64,000 nt of DNA from the human T2T-CHM13v2.0 reference genome, Homo sapiens, in assembly GCF_009914755.1 (NCBI RefSeq), contig NC_060947.1; one strand, 5' to 3'. The translations under genes were made by a program, and so were the position numbers. The first letter of the stretch is position 1. Every line of letters begins with the position of its first letter. Below the pieces are notes generated by a model, which searched no databases, was not told the origin of the DNA, and worked only from the letters and a program-made list of their open reading frames with translations. This document shows positions 16,751-32,961 of this stretch, one piece after another.

Positions 16751-19279
16751 TTACTAGATTTGAAAGTCATGTTATAAAATTATACGTTATTTTTAAATCT
16801 ATAGGGAAAATGTAATTCATATAAAAACTCAGTGGATTTTTAAATTTCTTTTTGTAATGCTTAATGAGGATAAAAGAAAAGTGAGATCTTCATAAGTTAT
16901 AAGCCCAGAAACAGAATTTCTTCCTATATTAATTTTTACGTGTATTAAGATAGCTTCACATATCTGAATTAATAATATCTAAATGAAAGAAATCATAGAA
17001 AATACTGCCAATAAAAATGATAGAGGATTATTAACAGGCTATAACCTATTATAAGAGAAATACCACCAGGGACATAGGTAAAGGAGAAAGGTAAATTATA
17101 AAAGAAGTTATATAAGTGAACAATAAAAACACAAGAAATGTTAAGACTTATAAGTAATTAAAGGAAAAACTATAGAAAAATTAAGGTACTATACCTTCGT
17201 TGCTTGGGTTGATAAACCATAGAATGCTAGTGGCAAAGCAAATTGGTACTTTCCTGGCGAGCTGGAGGATAAATGCAAAATTATGAAGCCAGGAGCAGGA
17301 GGAAAAAAGTAAGTGAATGGAAGTAAATTACTTACATTGAACTTTTAGTCCAATGTAATTTGCTCTCACAGTAGAATTACCTCCCTTCCTGTTCTGTAGC
17401 TTTAGCAAAAATTCTAATAACTTAATGTACAGACTCTTCATTACCAAATTCTCTAGCCAATTTAATATTCTGACCCCAAACCCTTCCCTTTACGGTATTA
17501 AAACCATATTTTTGCTGGCCTGAAATTCATGTGTATGAAAAGCCAATTTTCCTAAATGGGTTTTTTCACTGTTGATACTAATCAAGAGTCTCACTGTTAT
17601 TGAAACTTTCTCTGCAGTGTCAGAAGTGACAGTGTTGCAGACCTCATCACCTGTTGGCATCAGGTAGCAGGGAGAGCTATCACAGAATAGTTTAGTTTGA
17701 AATAATAGTTTAAAATAGTCACATGCTAAAAAAGAGACAGATTGAAATACATGTGAATTCATTTAGGAGTTTCATTTCATATTGGATAAGTTTAGAACAG
17801 GCTCTAGTGAAGATTGGTGTATGGAATACAAGGATCTATACTACTGTTGTATGCTTTACAAGTTGGTTCCATAAGAGAAATTTTATAACCTAAATATTTT
17901 TCCAGAAAGCATTTTATAAAATTCAGATGTCTGTTTCTGATTAAAAATTATTTTTTGCCATACTATGTTCTTTTTATATTATATGCATGAAATCCAGGGC
18001 AATCTCTTTAAAATATAAAGTTAGATAAGCATGCTAACCATCACCATTATTATTTATAGAAAGTATGCCAAGGATAAATTAGAAATAAGAGGTATGACTA
18101 TGAAAAAAGACAAATCAATAATTATTTATAGATTAAGATATGAGTATATTCTTGTAAAACTCAAGGAGTGCTATTTTAAAACTCTTAGAATAAATGAGTT
18201 CAACCTAAAATAGGATGTACGATGAAAATGAGAAAAACCATAGCTAACATATCAGCAATAACCAGATAAAAAGTAGAATGAGGAAAACAGAGAAGACAAA
18301 CAGAAAATCCTACAAAATGCCTACAGACTCTAAAAATAAGGTTGTAGAACCTACCAGAGAAAAATTACAGAACTTTACTAAGAGTCCTAAAATGAGTTTT
18401 GAATAAAAAAAGAAACTTAGTTTTATAGCTTGAGTTGTTGGTGGATAGATCCCATAGCCTATATAATCCCTGTCACTGGGATTACAAATATCATTCCATT
18501 TTATAAAGTTCCTAGGCACACTCCAAAATTCCATCACAGTGATAAATGCATTTCTGAAACACCAACAGGCCTGCTGTTCTATAATCTGTCATTGCATAAA
18601 TTAATTTATGTATCTTTGTTTCTGTATATTTTCTGAAAAGGAGGAAGTGGAGGAACATGAGAATGAGTGATGTGTGTATCTGAGGAGGGAGGAGGTAAAT
18701 AGAGAAAGACATTATTACATCATTGGAGGTGGGGTAAGGATGTGTGCCACCTCCACCATTCCCAAGCTATTGTCAGAAAAATACCATGTTTTAGGACAGG
18801 ATGGCTATATTTTATAGCAATTAAAATCAAATTAGCAACTTTTATTATGGAAGTTGAGAAAATGATGTTAAGGTTCTCCTGTCAGAATAAATAGCCAAGA
18901 AGAAATGAAAACTTTTGACTCAGGAGAATAAAAATATTAAGGATTTAGTATTCCAGAATTTTAATATGGCATAATACATTTAAATATTTCTCTAAAGTTA
19001 ATAACTTTATATAGCAATTTGAACTTTATCCACTTTCAGGTTCAATATAAAGAGGGAGCTTTTTTGATTTTGTAGCAGAAACTCAATAGTTGCTAACTGA
19101 TGTTGGTCTGTAATTCTTTCTAAGTCAGAATAAAAGGAAAGGAGTTAGGACATCAAACTTTGTGGGGGATATTTTATAATCCAGGTCTTTTTATCATTTC
19201 TATATTTCCTAGCAACACCTTACTTTTACCTATTTTGTAGAAAAATATGCCAAGGCCTTGTGTGCTGTTGGATTTTTTT

Positions 19280-19980
19280 ATTAGCAGATTTTATTTTTAG
19301 AACAGTTATATATTTACCAAAAGATTGAGCAGATAGTACAGTGTCCATGGGTAGCCCCTCTTTCTTTCACTAGTAGGGTACATGTTTCATGACTGATGAA
19401 ACAATATTGATATATTATTAACTAAACTCCATAGTTTACATTAGTGTTTATATTGTACAGTTTTACAGCATTTGACAAATGCATAATGCCATGTAACTAT
19501 CATTACAATATCATACAGAATAGTAGTTTTTACCACTCAAAAAACTTCTGTGCATCACTTATTTATTCATACATTCTCTCCACTCCTACTGGAAACCACA
19601 GATTTTTTACTGTCTTTATACTTTTGCCTTTCCCCTAATATCATATATTTAGAATCTAAATTATGTAACCGTTTTATACTTGCTTCTTTCACATTGAAAT
19701 ACGCATTTAAGTTCCCTCCATGTCTTTTCGTGGCTTGGTAACTCTTTTTATCTCTGAATAATATTTCATTTTAAGGATGTGCCACCATTTTTTACCTATT
19801 TACCTAGTAAAGGACATCTTGGTTGTTTCAAAATATTGTTATCTTTGAACAAAAGCTGTTATAATCATTTATGTGCACCTTTTCCATAGACATGTTTTCT
19901 ATTCAATTAGGTAGTACCAAGGAACACAATATACTTTGCTTTGTTAGAAATCTTGAGATTGTCTTCCAAAGTGGGTTTGT
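19280..19980 (-). mobile_element. Ancient L1M (L1MB/MC-like) 3' fragment
   Basis: gatatattattaactaaactccatagtttacattag and cctactggaaaccacagattttttactgtc are old L1M 3'UTR motifs. Confidence 0.65.
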
Positions 19981-19983
19981 TAT

Positions 19984-20031
19984 GGTACTCCAGAGAAGCA
20001 GAAGAAATTCCTTCTGCTTCTCTGGAGTACC
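19984..20031. repeat. Perfect inverted repeat, 21-bp arms, 6-nt spacer
   Basis: ggtactccagagaagcagaag-aaattc-cttctgcttctctggagtacc. Confidence 0.97.
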
Positions 20032-20048
20032 CTAATTTTAGTACCCTT

Positions 20049-20128
20049 ACACACACACATACACACGCACACACACACACACCTACACACACACGCACAT
20101 ATATATATATATACATATATAATATATA
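20049..20128. repeat. (CA)n/(TA)n microsatellite
   Basis: acacacacatacacacgcacacacacacac...atatatatatatacatatat. Confidence 0.95.
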
Positions 20129-20139
20129 ATGACTAATAC

Positions 20140-21135
20140 AAATGAAAGTTTGTACCCTCTGACCAATATAGCTTTATTTCATCCCCTTACCCCACCCCAA
20201 TTCCTGGCAACTACGATTCTACTCTCTACTTCTAGGAATTTGACTTTTTTAGATTACATAAATAAATGATATTATAAAACATTTGTTTTTCTGTGTCTGG
20301 TTTATTTCACTTAACATAATGCCCTTCAGGTCCATCTATATTGTTGAAAATTGCAAAATTTTCTATACTTTTAAGGCTGAATAATATTCCAGTGCATGTA
20401 TATACAGCATTTTCTTTATCCATCCATCAACACACACTTAGGATGTTTTAATATCTTAGCAATTATATATAATACTGCAGAGAACATGGGATTGCAGTTA
20501 CTTCTTAGAGATCCTGATTTGAATTACTTCAAATATATTACTAGACGTAGCATTGCTGGATCATATGGTAGTTCTATTTTTAATGTTTTGAATGGCTGTA
20601 CAAATTTACATTTCTACCACAGTGTACAAGGTTTCCCTTTTCTCCCTGTCCTCACCAACACTTACCTTTAAAAAAAAATAATAGCTATGCTATTGGGTGG
20701 GAGGTGACATCTCATCTTGGCTTTGGTGTGCATTCACCTGATGATTAGTGTTGTTGATTTTTTTTTTTCATATACCTAGGGGCCAGTTGCATGTCTCCTT
20801 TGAAGAAATGTCTATTCAGGTTGTTTGCCAATTTTTCAGTTAAGTTATTTGTTTCTGATAAGTTCTATGAATTCCTTGTATATTTTGAATATTAATCCTA
20901 TATCAAATATATGTTTTACAAATGTTTTATCCCATTCAGTAGGTTGCCTTTGTATTTTATATTGTTTTCTTTGTGTGAAAATACTTTTTAGTTTGCTCTA
21001 AACCAATTTGTCTATTTTTGCTTTATTAGCCTGTGCTTTCGGAGATACATGCAAAAAACAATTGCCAAGACCAATGTCACGGAGCTTTTTCTCTCTATTT
21101 TCCTCTAGGAATTTCACAGTCAAGTCTTATATTTA
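20140..21135 (-). mobile_element. L1MA-like element, 3' part (continues at 38587)
   Basis: tgaaagtttgtaccctctgacc...ctacgattctactctctacttct; sequence breaks at caagtcttatattta and resumes at caagtcttatgttta (38587). Confidence 0.8.
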
Positions 21136-23170
21136 TTGTACTTTATTTTTTATTATTTTAGATTGAAAGGGTACTTGTGCATGTTGTTAAATGGATATAT
21201 TGTGTAATGGTGAAGTTTGGGCTTCTAGTGTACCAGTCATGCAAACAGTGAAAATTTTATCCCACAGGTAATTTTTCAGCCCTCATCTACCTCCCACCCT
21301 TCCATATTTTTGAGTTGCCAGTGTCAATTATTTCTGCCTACTTGTCCAAGTGTATCCATTGTTTAGTTTCCACTTATAAGTGAGAAACAGACTTTCTGTT
21401 TCTGAGTTGTTTAACTTAGGATAATGGCCTCAAGCTAAATCCACGTGGTTGCAAAGGGCATGCTTTCATTTTTTATGGCCGTATAGTATTCTGTGGTGTT
21501 TATATATCACATTTCTTTATCCAGTCAACCATTGATAAAAACTTAGGTTTATTCCATGACTGCTATTGTAAATAGTGTTGCAATAAACACAACACACAAG
21601 TTTAGGTGTCTTTTTGATATAATAATTTTTTTCTTTTGGTTAGATAGTCAGGAGTGGAAATGCAGTGCTGAATGGTAGCTTTATTTTGGTTCTTTGAGAA
21701 ACCTCCATACTGTTTTCCACAGAAATTTTACTACTTTACAATATGCCAACAGTGTATAAGCATTCCTTTTTTTCTGCATTCTCGCCAACAACTGTTATTT
21801 TTTACCTTAAAAAATAGCCATTCTGACTGGTGTAAGATGGTATCTCATTGTGGTTTTAATTTACATTTCTCTGATGACTAGTGATGTTGAGCACCTTTTC
21901 ATAATTTTTTTTTGTAGCTAATTGCATGTCTTATTTTAAGAAATGTCTATTCATGTTTTTTGCTCACTTTTTAATGGGGTTTTTTTTGTTGATTTGTTTT
22001 GGTTTCTTGTAGACTGTGGATATTAGACCATTTTCAGAGGCATAATTTGCAAATATTTTCTTCTCTTCTGTAGTTTGTCTTTTTGCTCTGTTGATTATTT
22101 CCTTTGCTGTACAGAAGCTAAAATAGTTTATGTTCCATTTGTGTACTTTTGTTTTCGTTGCATTTGCTTTTGAGGTCTTAGTCATAAATTATTTCCCTCA
22201 ATGTCAGAAGTTTTTTCTATTTTTTTTTCTTAGGATTTTTCTTGTTTGAGGTCTTACATTTAAGTCATAAATGAAACTTGAGTTCATTTTTGTATATGGT
22301 GAGAGAGAGGGGTCCAGTTTCATTATTCTGAATATGGCTAGCCAATTTTGCCAGAACTCTTTATTGCTATTCAGTAAAGCAATATTTCATATCCTTTCTT
22401 CACTGTTTATTTTTGTCAACTTTGTCAAAGTTCAGTTTTTTATAGGTATGTGGCTTTATTTCTTGGTTCTCTATTTGGTTCCATTCTATGTCTCCATTTT
22501 TTTACCATTACCATACAGTCTTTGTTACTATAGTTTTTTAGTATATTTTGAAGTCAGATAATGTGGGGCCTCTTTTTTCTTTTTATGAAAAATTTATTTG
22601 GCTCTTCAGGCTCTTTTTTTGTTTTATATGTATTCTAGGATTTTTTTTCTAATTCTGTGAAAAATTATCTTTGTAATGATAGGAGTTATGTTTAGTCTGT
22701 AGATTGCTCTTGGCAGTATGGTCGTTTTAACTAGTGATACTTCCAGTCCATGAGCATAAGATCTTTTTCTGTTTCTGGCATCTATGATTTATTATATCAG
22801 TGTTTTGTATTTCTCCTTATAGTGATCTTTAACCTCCTTGGTTAAACATATTTCTAGTATTTTATTTTTGTAAATGGCTAGTGTAAATGGGATGGAATTT
22901 TTTATTTGTTTCTTAGGTTTAATGCTATTGGTGTATCGAAATGCTACTGACTTTATTTACATTGATTTGGTATCCTGAAACTTTACCAAAATTGTTTATC
23001 AAATATAGGAATTTTATGTAAAGTCTAGGTTTTCTAGGTATGTCATCAGCAAGCAGAGATAACATGACTACTTCTTTTTAAATTTGGATCCCTTTCCTCT
23101 GGCTAGAACTGCCAGTACTATGTTGAATAGGAGTGGTGAGAGTGGAGATCCTTGTCTTTTTTCAGTTCTT

Positions 23171-26361
<3,191 letters not shown>

Positions 26362-28503
26362 TTAAATGCCTAGTTGGTTGTGAAGAAATGTTGGATTTTA
26401 TCAAGTCGTTTTTCTTCATCAATTGAGATGATCATGTAGTGTTTGTTTTTTATTCTGTTTATGTGGTTAATTACATTATTGATTTGCATATGTTGAACCA
26501 TCCTTGAATCTCTGGTATCAAACCCACATGGCTTGATGTACTGTTTGTTTAAATTTGCTAATATTTTATTGTGGATTTATGCATCAGTATGCACCAGGTA
26601 TGTTAGCTTGTAAGGTTTTTTTATTCTTTCCTTGCATAATATTTGTATCAGGTGATACTGCTTTCATAGAATGAGTTAGAGAGGAATTGTTCTTCCTTGA
26701 TTTTTTGGCATAATTTAAGTAAGATTGGGACAAGTTTTTTGTATGTCTGGTAAAATCCAGCTGTGAATCAATCTGGTCCTGGGCCATTTTTGTTGGATAT
26801 TTTGTATTACAGATTCAAATTCATTACTTGTTATTGGTCTGTTTAGGATTTCCATTTCTTTCTGGTTCAATCTTGGGAGGTTGTATGTGTCCAGGAAGTA
26901 TCCATGTTTTCTAGGTTTTCTAGTTTGTGTTCATAATAGTCTCTGATGATCTTTTCTGTTTCTGTGATATTGGTTGTAATGTCAACACTATCATTTCTGA
27001 TTGTGTTTATTTGAGTCAGCTGTCTTCTCAATTAATCTAGTTGGTGGTCTATCAATTTTGTCTATCCTTTCAAAGAACAAACTTTTCATTTTAATGATTG
27101 TATAATTATTTTAATCTTAATTTCATTTAGTGCTGCTTTGGTGTTAGTTATTTCTTTTATTCTGCTAGCTTTAGGTTTAGTGTTTTTTTTTTTTTTTTCT
27201 TGTTTTTCTACTTCCTTGAAGTGGAGCATTAGGTTGTTAGTTGGGGATTTTTCTCTCTTTTGGATGAAGGCATTTAATGCCATGATTTTTCCTCTTAATA
27301 CTGCTATTGTTGCATCCCAGGAGTTTTGGTATGTTGTGTCCCCATTTTTGTGTTTCAAAAATATTATTTTATTTCTGCCTTAATTTCATTGTTTACCCAA
27401 AAGTCATGCAGGAGCAAGTTATTTAGTTCCCATGTATTTGTGTTGTTTTGAGAGTTCCTCTTCATATCGATTTCTACATTTATCCCACTGTGGTCCAATT
27501 AGATACTTGATATAATTATTATTTTTTCAAGTGTATTGAGCCTTGCTATATGGCCAAGCATGTAGTTAATTTGGGAGAATGTTCTATATGCAGATAAGAA
27601 AATGTATATTCTGTCATTTACATAACATTGTCAAATGTTGTGTAAATATCTATGCGGTTCATTTGGTCTGGGTCCAATTTAAGTCCAGAGTTTATTGATT
27701 TCCTGCCTTCGTGATCTGTCTAGTATTGTCAGTGAGTTATTTACGTTTCCCACTATTTTTGTATTGCTTTCTATTTTCTTAGGTCTAGTCATATTTGTTT
27801 TATGAATTTGGTCTTCCAGTGTTGGGTGCATATATATTTAGGATAGTTATATTTCTCATTATATAATGCCCTTCTTTGTTTTTTGTTTACTTTTGTTTAA
27901 AGAGTAGCTCAGTTTTCTGTTCCATTTGCGTGATACATCTTCTTCCCCCTTTTGCTTTTTGTCTGTAACCATTAGGTGGGTGTCTTAGGCAGCAGTTAGT
28001 TGGGTCTTGCTTTTTCATCCAATATGCCAGCCTATATCTTTTAAGTGCAGTATTTAGGCCATTTACATTCAATGTTAGTACTGATACATGAGGTTCTGTT
28101 TCTGTCACACTGATGTTAGCTATATGCTTTGTAGTCTCAATCATGTAATTGCCAGATAAGATCTGTGAGTTTTGCTCATGTGCACATGTGACATGTGCTT
28201 TTATGATGTCAGTGTCATTTTTTTGTTTCCATATTTAGTACTTCTATGAGCATTTCTTGTAGGGCTGGTTCAATGATGAATTCCCTTAGCATTTGCTTAT
28301 CTGGGAAGTACTTTACGTTTTTTCATTTATAAAGCTTAATTGGCAGGATATAAAATTCTTTACTGGCATTTTTTTTTTCTTCACAGAGGCTAAAAACAGG
28401 CTCTCAATCTCTACTGGCTTGGTAGGTTTCCGCTGAGAAGTCCACTGTTTGACTAGTGGGATTTCCATCATAGGTAATTTGATGATTCTCTGTAGCTGCT
28501 TTT

Positions 28504-29073
28504 TTTTTCTTTTTTTATTTATTATTATACTTTAAGTTCGAGGGTACATGTGCACAATGTGCAGGTTTGTTACATATGTACACATGTGCCTTGTTGGGGT
28601 GCTGCACCCATTAACTCGTCATTTACATTAGGTATATCTCCTAATGCTATCCCTCCCCCTTCCCCCCACCCCACAACAGGCCCCGATGTGTGATGTTCCC
28701 CTTCCTGTGTCCATGTGTTCTCATTGTTCAATTCCCACCTATGAGTGAGAACATGCGGTGTTTGGTTTTCTCTTTGCAATAGTTTGCTGAGAATAATGGT
28801 TTCCAGCTTTATCCATGTCCCTACAAAGGACATGAACTCATCTTTTTTATGGCTGCATAGTATTCCATGGTGTATATGTGCCATATGTTCTTAATCCAGT
28901 CTATCAAAAGGATCTAGAACTAGAAATACCATTTGACCCAGCCGTCCCATTACTGGGTATATACCCAAAGGATTATAAATCGTGCTGCTATAAAGACACA
29001 TGCACACGTATGTTTATTGCAGCACTATTCACAATAGCAAAGACTTGGAACCAACCCAAATGCCCATCAATGG
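28504..29073 (-). mobile_element. Short L1PA4/5-like insertion with 5' inversion (twin priming)
   Basis: Antisense 3'UTR and polyT 28504-28906, then sense-oriented upstream L1 segment 28907-29072; TSD agctgctttt 28494-28503 / 29074-29083. Confidence 0.92.
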
Positions 29074-29365
29074 AGCTGCTTTTAAGATTTGTTTTTTCAC
29101 ATTGAACTTGGATAATCAAATAATTATAAGCCTTGATGATATTAATCTTCTGTAATATCTCACAGGTGTTCTCAGAATTTCTGGTATCGGGATATCTACA
29201 ACTCTAACAAAATCAGGAAATGTTTCCTGAATTATTCCGTCAAATATGTTTTCCAAATTTCTTACTTTTTCTTCTCCCTCAGGAATGGCCATGCATTGCG
29301 GATCTGGTTGCTTTACACAATCTTATATTTCTTGAAGATGTTGTTCATTTAACTTTTTTTTTTTT

Positions 29366-29691
29366 TGCAGTTGCAAGATTTAATAGACTGAAACAGAGCT
29401 CCCATAAAATGGGAGGTGACCCAAAGGGGGTTGTCGCTGCCGGCTCAAATGTCTAGGTTTTATATCCCGATCATTGTCCCTCCCTCTGTGCTCTCAGGTG
29501 ATAGATGATTGGCTATTTCTTTACCTCCTGTTTTAACCTAATTAGCATTTTAGTGAGCTCTCTTTACTAGCTGACTGGTCGGGTGTGAGCTAAGTTGCAA
29601 GCCCTGTGTTTAAAGGTGGGTGCGGTCACCTTCCCAGCTAGGCTTAGGAATTCTTATTCGGCCTAGGAAATCCAGCTAGTCCTGTCTCTCA
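29366..29691 (-). promoter_or_regulatory. LTR17 3' LTR (U3+R only), with CCAAT/TATA-like elements and ATTAAA polyA signal
   Basis: Minus strand begins TGAGAGACAGGACTAGCTGGATTTCCTAGG after a purine-rich tract (29692-29705); contains AGCCAATCA, GGATATAAA and CTATTAAATC. Confidence 0.9.
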
Positions 29692-29750
29692 GTCACACCC
29701 TCTCAACAGGAAAACCCAAGTGCTGTTGGGGAGGTTGGCTGATGATCGCT

Positions 29751-29990
29751 CTAATTGCTTCCTGCTGAATTGGGGCATAGTAGGCATCATGCCATTGAGA
29801 TTTTCTTTGGAGGGGTGCCTTTGATGTTATCAACATCCGAGCATGGACTAGCAGGCCGGTCCAGGAATCCACGGTAGATCTTAGTCATGGACTGCAACTG
29901 GGGCTCCATTTGAAGAATGATTTGTAGTTTTACAGCTTCGATTCTGGAAGAGACAAACTTAGCAAGGAGGTTAAAGATACAGGGATTGAA
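29751..29990 (-). pseudogene. HERV-W env remnant (TM cytoplasmic tail only)
   Basis: PCIFNLLAKFVSSRIEAVKLQIILQMEPQLQSMTKIYRGFLDRPASPCSDVDNIKGTPP in ORF 29787-30062. Confidence 0.88.
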
Positions 29991-30042
29991 ATGTGTGTCC
30001 TGGCAGTGCAGGGGATTTGTATGGCCTGCAGTGCAGGGGATT

Positions 30043-32961
30043 ATTTCTTTGGCACACTTCACAGGCCCTGACTATCTGCTTGATAGTTTTGAAAAGGCCT
30101 GGTCCAGTAAATAATAATTTGGCCATCTGATGGGTGCTATCAATGCCTAAGTGAAAGGTTTGGTGAAGGGTTTAAATAATTTCCATGGGTTAGCTGCAGA
30201 CAAAAGTATTTTCCCTTCTTCAGTGGCTAGCCATCCTGAGGGGAGGAAACTATGTCCTTGTGAGGTTCCCCATTCTCTTTCTCTTGCTGAGTACTGGGGC
30301 TTGGTTTTCTGGAGGGGATTACCCCATACTAGGGGTCCTTCTATAAGCATTTCTTATGGAGGGTCCTGCCTTGTGGCTCTTTTGGCTTCAATATCCACTT
30401 GGCGGTTCCCTTCTATTTCCCTTTTCTTTCCTTTCTGATGACCCCAGTAGTGTAAGATTGCCACCTCTTTAGATTTCTGTGCAGCCAATAATAATCTCCT
30501 AATGGCTTCCTGATGTTTGATAGGTGTTCCTTCAGAAGTTAAGAATTCCCTTTCTCTCCATATTGCTGCATGGGCATGGAGGACTAGGTAAGCATATTTA
30601 GAGTCTGTATATATATTTACCCTTTTCCTTTCTCCTAATTCTAGCGCCTGAGTGAGGGCTATTATTTCTGCCAGCTGAGCACTAGTTCCTGGAGTGAGGG
30701 GATTACTTTCAAGTATTCCATTATCACTGACCACTGCATAATACGCTTTTTAAAGTCCTTTTTCTACAAAGAAACTTCCATCAGTATACAATTTGAGGTC
30801 GGAATCAGTCAAGGGAACCTCTAGAAGGTCCCCTCGAGTGGTGTAGGTTTGAGCAATTACTTGTTGACAGTTATGTTCTATTTTTCTTCATTTTCTGGAA
30901 GAAATGTGGCTGGATTAAGAGTTGCACAGGTGTGCAGTTGCAGCACTGGTCCTTCAAGTAATAAAGCCTGATATTTAAGCAAACGGTTGTCTGACAGCCA
31001 CAAGTCTTCTTTAGCAATGAGTATGCCATTCACATCACGAGATGTCCACACAGTAAGATCTCTTCCCTGTGTCATTTTAACTGCTTCAGATACTGAGACT
31101 GCTACTGCTGCCACTACCCATAAATAATGAGGCCAACCCTTTGCCACTACATCAATTTCCTTACTCAGGTATGCCACAGGTTACAAGCTGGCCCCTCGGA
31201 CCTGTGTAAGGACTCCTAGAGCTATTCCTGCTTTTTCTGTGACATATAAAGAAAAGTCTTGCCCTGTTGGCATGCTTAACACTGGGACTTGGGTTAGAGC
31301 CTTCTTTAGGGCCTGGAAAGCCACTTCTGCTTCAGGTGTCCATCTTACTAAATGGGTATTGGCTTTCCGAGTTTTCTTAATTAGTGTGTATAATGGCCTG
31401 GCTATTTCACTGTACCTGGGAATCCATATTTGGCAGAAGCCTGTTATGCCAAGGAACCCTCTTAGTTGCTTTAGGGTTTTGGGATGAGGATAAGCCAGTG
31501 TAGGCTGAATGCATTTCTCACTGAGGACCCTGGTGCCTTTGGATAATTTTAGACCTAAGAATTTAACCTGCTGTTAGCTGAGCTGAGCCTTTGGTTTGGA
31601 AACCTTGTAGCCACAGGTGGCAAGGAAATTTAAGAACACTTGGGTGGGGCTGGGCGCAGTGGCTCATGCCTGCAATCCCAGCACCCTGAGAGGCTGAGGC
31701 GGGCAGATCACAAGGTCAGGAGATTGAGACCATCCTGGCCAACACAGTGAAACCCCGTTTCTACCAAAAATACAAAAAAATTAGCCAGGTGTGGTGGCGG
31801 GCGCCTGCAGTCCCAGCCACTTGGGAGGCTGAGGCAGAAGAATGGTGTGAACCCAGGAGACAGAGCCTGCAGTCAGCCGAGATCATGCCACTGCACTCCA
31901 GCCTGGGCGACAGAGTGAGACTCTGTCTCAAAAATAAATAAATAAAAAATTTATAAAAAGAGCACTTGGGTGGCTTGATGGCACAAGGTTTCTGAACGGG
32001 CAGCTAAAAGTAAATCATCCGCATACCAAAAGACAAGAGTGTCCAGGTATGAGAACTGGCTCAAATCTTGGGCTAGTGCCTGGCCAAATAGATGGGGGCT
32101 ATCTCTGAACCCTTGAGGTAAAACAGTCCAGGTGAGTTGAGACATTGGGTTTGAAGGATCTTCAAAGGCAAACAAGAATTGAGAGTCAGGATGTACAGGG
32201 ATGCAGAAAAAGGCATCCTTAAGGTTCAGGACTGTAAACCACTCTGCTTCCTCTGACATTTGGGAAAGCAGAGTATAAGGGTTAGGTATAGCTGGATATA
32301 GAGGGACAACGGCCTCATTGATAATCCTGAGATCTTGCACTAACCTTCTCTGTCCGTTGGGTTTCTGTACTCCTAAAATTGGAGTATTGCAGGTACTACT
32401 GCATGGTTTTACTAGGCCTTGGGCTTTTAGGTCTTTAACAATCTTTTGGAATCCTTGTTGGGCTTCGGGTCTAAGGGGGTACTGCCTTTGGTAGGGAAAG
32501 GAGGTGGAATCCTTTAGTTTAACTTGAACAGGACAGGCATTCTTTGCTCATCCATAGTGTCCTTCTGTTGCCCAGGCTTCAGGATTAATTCCTTCCTCAA
32601 GCAGGGGACAACAAATGGGTGTTCCTTCTCCTATGTTCAGGTGTATAGTGGCCCCTGCTTTTGCTAGAATGTCTCTCCCTAACAAGGGAGTGGGGCTTTC
32701 AGGCATAATTAGACAAGCATGTGAAAAGAGTAAAGTTCCCCAGTCACAACTTAGTGGCTGGGAGAAGTATCTAGTGACTGGCTGTCCTAGGACCCCTCGG
32801 ATAGTGACAGATCTGGAGGACAGTTGTCCGGGACAGGAGAGTAAGACTGAGAAGGCTCTGCCAATGTTCAGGAGACAGTTAACCTCCTGGCCCTCAATGT
32901 TCAAGCATACCCGGGGCTCTGTGAGGGTGATGGCATTGGCTGGCTCTTGCCCAGGGCACCC
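30043..32961 (-). pseudogene. HERV-W pro-pol remnant, disrupted, integrase truncated after the zinc-finger region
   Basis: ORFs 32548-32904 (protease), 31951-32340 (RT), 30878-31177 (tether), 30354-30734 (RNase H), 30147-30350; Alu inserted within RT. Confidence 0.9.
31648..31957 (+). mobile_element. Full-length Alu (AluY/AluSc-like) inside HERV-W pol
   Basis: ggctgggcgcagtggctc...; TSD aaga(a/g)cacttgggtgg at 31632-31647 and 31958-31973. Confidence 0.95.

Noticed and set aside
17490-17762. Non-repetitive-looking stretch with a 90-aa minus ORF and possible + strand micro-exon (ctctgcag|...cag|gtagca)
   Set aside because: Weak donor, no recognisable protein similarity, and the FAAH2 exons already join in frame without it; conservation cannot be assessed here.
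29787-30062. Syncytin-like env gene
   Set aside because: Only the cytoplasmic tail remains; SU, fusion peptide and most of TM are deleted.
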